Shown here in pieces: positions 61,193 through 64,000 of a stretch of DNA of 64,000 nt (positions are counted from its first letter, which is position 1; each line of letters begins with the position of its first letter). The stretch is from NCBI GenBank assembly GCA_018969705.1, contig JAGWXV010000001.1:41128-105127 (forward strand). Direction: 5' to 3'. The notes under the pieces were generated by a model, which did not search any database, was not told the DNA's origin, and saw only the letters and a list, made by a program, of their open reading frames with translations. This DNA is from Betaproteobacteria bacterium. GTDB taxonomy: Bacteria > Pseudomonadota > Gammaproteobacteria > Burkholderiales > Burkholderiaceae_A. The translations under genes and the position numbers were made by a program.

Positions 61193-61525
61193 TCAGACGC
61201 CCCAGACCACCGGGACCTTCTTTTTCTCTGCAGCAGTCAGCATCTCGAGTAAAGGAAAGGCCCGCTGCGACAGGCCGATTGGCAGTTCTTGCGCGGCTGC
61301 TAGGCCTTCACGCATCGATTCATCATGCTGATTGAGTCGCGATTGGTCCTGCTTTCGGGACTGGTCTATGGCCGCAGCCAAACGGCTACGAACCTCTGGG
61401 ATCTGGGCCTCGGTAAAAATTCCTTTGGCCGCAAACTCCTGGCCAATGGCCGCAAACACCATCTTCATCACTGGCTCGGTCATGAAAAAACCGCCGGCCG
61501 CTTTACTTCGGAACTCAATGATCAC
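61193..61525 (-). CDS. DUF1840 family protein
   Basis: I.FRSKA and L.QRAFPLLEML..A......VVWGV motifs; AGGAG SD. Confidence 0.88.
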   Translation of the reverse strand: MIIEFRSKAAGGFFMTEPVMKMVFAAIGQEFAAKGIFTEAQIPEVRSRLAAAIDQSRKQDQSRLNQHDESMREGLAAAQELPIGLSQRAFPLLEMLTAAEKKKVPVVWGV

Positions 61526-61543
61526 GCTAAACTGCTCCTAACG

Positions 61544-62125
61544 ATGAGACAAATGATTTTAGTGCGTCGCTGGGTGATCGGCGTGGCCCTAGTGTGCTTA
61601 TTCGGGATTATTTACGGATGCAGCCCGCGGATGGATTGGCGCGAAGTACAACTGCAGGCCATCGACGGTTCGGCACTATTTCCAGCCAAGCCCGTTGAGG
61701 TCAGCCGAACGCTACAGATGGAAAGCGGGCAAGGTGCCATCACCTTAACGCTACGCTCAGCCCGGATCGACGACACCGTTTTCGCAGTCGGCTGGGTGCT
61801 TCATGCGGGGACGGACACACGAGAAAAGCTCGAGGCTGCGATGCTTGCCAATATTGGTGCCGAGGCTGCGATGGTCTCCCGGCAGGCGCTCAAACAAGAC
61901 GATCGTGTCATTCATGAAGTTGCTGCCAGCGGCGAGATGCGACTGCGGCCCGATTCAGCACCAGTGCCTGCACGACTATGGATGCGCAGCCTGACCATTC
62001 ACCGCGCAGTCCCGGGGCAGGCCGGGGTCAAACAAGTCATTGAGATCATTGCGGCCGGCCCAGCCCATGAACTCAAAGAAGAGGACGCACGGCTTTTTAT
62101 TGAATCTCTAAAGCTCGCTCAATAG
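61544..62125 (+). CDS. Hypothetical lipoprotein
   Basis: Hydrophobic signal followed by GC-SPRMDWREV; LFPAKP motif. Confidence 0.7.
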   Translation: MRQMILVRRWVIGVALVCLFGIIYGCSPRMDWREVQLQAIDGSALFPAKPVEVSRTLQMESGQGAITLTLRSARIDDTVFAVGWVLHAGTDTREKLEAAMLANIGAEAAMVSRQALKQDDRVIHEVAASGEMRLRPDSAPVPARLWMRSLTIHRAVPGQAGVKQVIEIIAAGPAHELKEEDARLFIESLKLAQ

Positions 62126-62152
62126 GCGATAAATTCAGCACGATAATCCCGC

Positions 62153-63409
62153 ATGCCGTCTTCAGACCCGAGAGTGCCGCCGTTTGCGATTGTATTTCTT
62201 CCATTTGCGGCCGCTTATTTTCTTTCTTATGTCATGCGCTCGGTCAATGCAGTGCTATCGGAGCCTCTGACAGAGGAATTCGCCCTCACTGCATCCCAGC
62301 TTGGACTACTCTCGAGCAGCTATTTTTTAACATTTGCGATCATGCAACTTCCGCTTGGCGCGCTGCTGGATCGACACAGCCCCCGACGAGTGGAGATCGT
62401 GCTGCTGATGTTTGCGATTGGTGGCTGCTTGTTAAGCAGCCTTGCCGAAGGCTTTTTTGCCCTGTGGCTTGGCCGGGCCATGATCGGTATTGGTGTATCG
62501 GCCTGCCTCATGGCCTCTTACACCAGCTATCGGCTCTGCTTTCCGGCGGATCGGCAGGCCAGCCTCGCTTCGCTGATGCTCATGGTGGGATCGTTTGGGG
62601 GCCTTGCCGCAACACTGCCCGTGGAGTTACTTTTGCCAGCCCTGGGATGGCGCGGAATATTTGTTCTAACCGCCGTTCTGTTTTTGCTATCGGTCGCTAG
62701 TCTGACCTGGCTTTTACCTAACATCACTGCGGTCAGCGCATCCAGTGAGCCATATTGGCGCTACACAATCGCGGGCGCAAAGGCCGTTTTCTCCCACCCG
62801 CAGGTGCAGCGGTTGATTCCGGTTTGCATCTTTACGCACGGAGGTTTCTTAGCCGTGCAAAGCCTCTGGATGGGCCCATGGCTTCGAACCGTTGAAGGCC
62901 AGCCAGCGACCGAGGCCGCAACAACGCTCTTGGTGCTCGGCATCACCGTGATGCTGTCGCATCTTGCGATGAGCTGGCTTGGGCTAAGACTTAACCGCTG
63001 GCGGCTTTCACTTGATCGCGTATTGATTGCAGGCTACCTATTAATGCTGCTTTTTACGACTGCCGCCATCGCCAATCTCTGGAATAACCCCTTAATAGCG
63101 TGGTCACTTGTTTTTGTGACCACCTCAGTAAGCGGCCTAATCTATGCGAAGACCAGCCTTGCTTTCCCGGTTGAAATGGGCGGCAGGGCCAATACCGGAA
63201 TTAACTTTGTGGTGTTTGCAGGCGCATTTGGGATGCAGTGGGGCCTGGGGTTAATTACCGATCTTGCAATGTCAGTCGGCCAAAGCGAAGCGGAGGGCCT
63301 ACGAACAGCCTTCATCAGCTGGGCGTTTATGCAGGCAGTTGCGCTGATCTGGCTGGTTCGAAATCCTCAGGCTCCGCCACCACGTCAACAGCACGCCGAA
63401 GCTCAATAG
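62153..63409 (+). CDS. MFS transporter
   Basis: About 12 TM helices; motif A-like G.LLDRH.PRR; GRANT. Confidence 0.9.
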   Translation: MPSSDPRVPPFAIVFLPFAAAYFLSYVMRSVNAVLSEPLTEEFALTASQLGLLSSSYFLTFAIMQLPLGALLDRHSPRRVEIVLLMFAIGGCLLSSLAEGFFALWLGRAMIGIGVSACLMASYTSYRLCFPADRQASLASLMLMVGSFGGLAATLPVELLLPALGWRGIFVLTAVLFLLSVASLTWLLPNITAVSASSEPYWRYTIAGAKAVFSHPQVQRLIPVCIFTHGGFLAVQSLWMGPWLRTVEGQPATEAATTLLVLGITVMLSHLAMSWLGLRLNRWRLSLDRVLIAGYLLMLLFTTAAIANLWNNPLIAWSLVFVTTSVSGLIYAKTSLAFPVEMGGRANTGINFVVFAGAFGMQWGLGLITDLAMSVGQSEAEGLRTAFISWAFMQAVALIWLVRNPQAPPPRQQHAEAQ

Positions 63410-64000
63410 CTTCGGCGATTTGCGGGACTTTGATTTGGTCTTCGCCATCGTAATCTGCAATCGTTCGGGCAACGCGAATCAAGCGGTGCCATGATCTTGC
63501 GCTCCAGCCCCAGCGGCCCGCGGCCTGCATCAGGAGCTGCTTTGCCTGAGGATCACATTCGGCCTGCATCTGAAGGGCTCGAACACCAAGCCGGGAGTTT
63601 AGGCATGACTGTCGCCCAAGCTGCCGGCCTCGGGCTTGCGCAACTTGATCCCTCAATATCTGACTGGTCAATTCTGGTGTGGGCATCGCCTCCGGCCCGG
63701 CCAGCTGCTGTGCGGTGGGCGCCTCCATCCCAACAGCCATATCAAAGCGATCCATCAAGGGGCCTGATAATCGTGATCGATAACGCAGAATTCGATCTGG
63801 GCTGCAGCGGCAGATTTTTCTAGCGTGACGAACACCAAAGTAGCCGCAGGGGCATGGATTCATAGCGCCGATCAGCATAAAGTTCGCCGGAAAACAAACG
63901 CGATCTCGAACCCTTGCGATCTCCACTTCATGCCGCTCGAGCGGCTCACGTAATGACTCCAAGGCATCACGCGGGAACTCGGGCAGCTCATCAAGAAACA
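63327..64000 (-). CDS. comM: YifB/ComM Mg-chelatase-like AAA+ ATPase, 3' part (starts beyond the window)
   Basis: LDELPEF...LESLREPLE, AMNPCPCG, LSGPLMDRFD and SAR...R..RVARTIAD motifs. Confidence 0.92.
   Translation of the reverse strand, partial: FLDELPEFPRDALESLREPLERHEVEIARVRDRVCFPANFMLIGAMNPCPCGYFGVRHARKICRCSPDRILRYRSRLSGPLMDRFDMAVGMEAPTAQQLAGPEAMPTPELTSQILRDQVAQARGRQLGRQSCLNSRLGVRALQMQAECDPQAKQLLMQAAGRWGWSARSWHRLIRVARTIADYDGEDQIKVPQIAEAIELRRAVDVVAEPEDFEPARSAQLPA

Overview
This is a compact, GC-rich core-genome window from a betaproteobacterium (Burkholderiales-like, inferred from gene order and protein motifs). It holds the aa3-type cytochrome c oxidase cluster, bioC-like/comF/trmL, rhodanese-grxC-secB-gpsA-LOG, gpmA-ctpA-moeB, argB-slmA, lpxL(x2)-dapF-DUF484-xerC-COG0523-dksA and metK-ahcY-metF with SAM-II and SAH riboswitches. 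It continues with slt-NDUFA9-like-cca, a MidA-like methyltransferase, folM-folB-ttcA-ubiB-SSS-glmU-glmS-usp, ampG, pyrE/xth, mreBCD-mrdA-rodA-GMC, gatCAB, metH and a partial comM. I found no mobile element, CRISPR array, tRNA or rRNA, and no clear multi-gene novel system. The observations most worth checking are: (i) an intact CobS-like membrane protein that lacks the conserved catalytic motifs; (ii) a BioC/NDUFAF5-like protein without its SAM-binding motif; (iii) repeated divergent gene pairs about 20 nt apart that share a bidirectional -10 element and predict leaderless mRNAs; (iv) a terminator-like hairpin abutting the metH start codon; (v) a cox cluster lacking ctaA, with a minimal CoxB. 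All homology calls come from recognising motifs by eye; no database searches were run.
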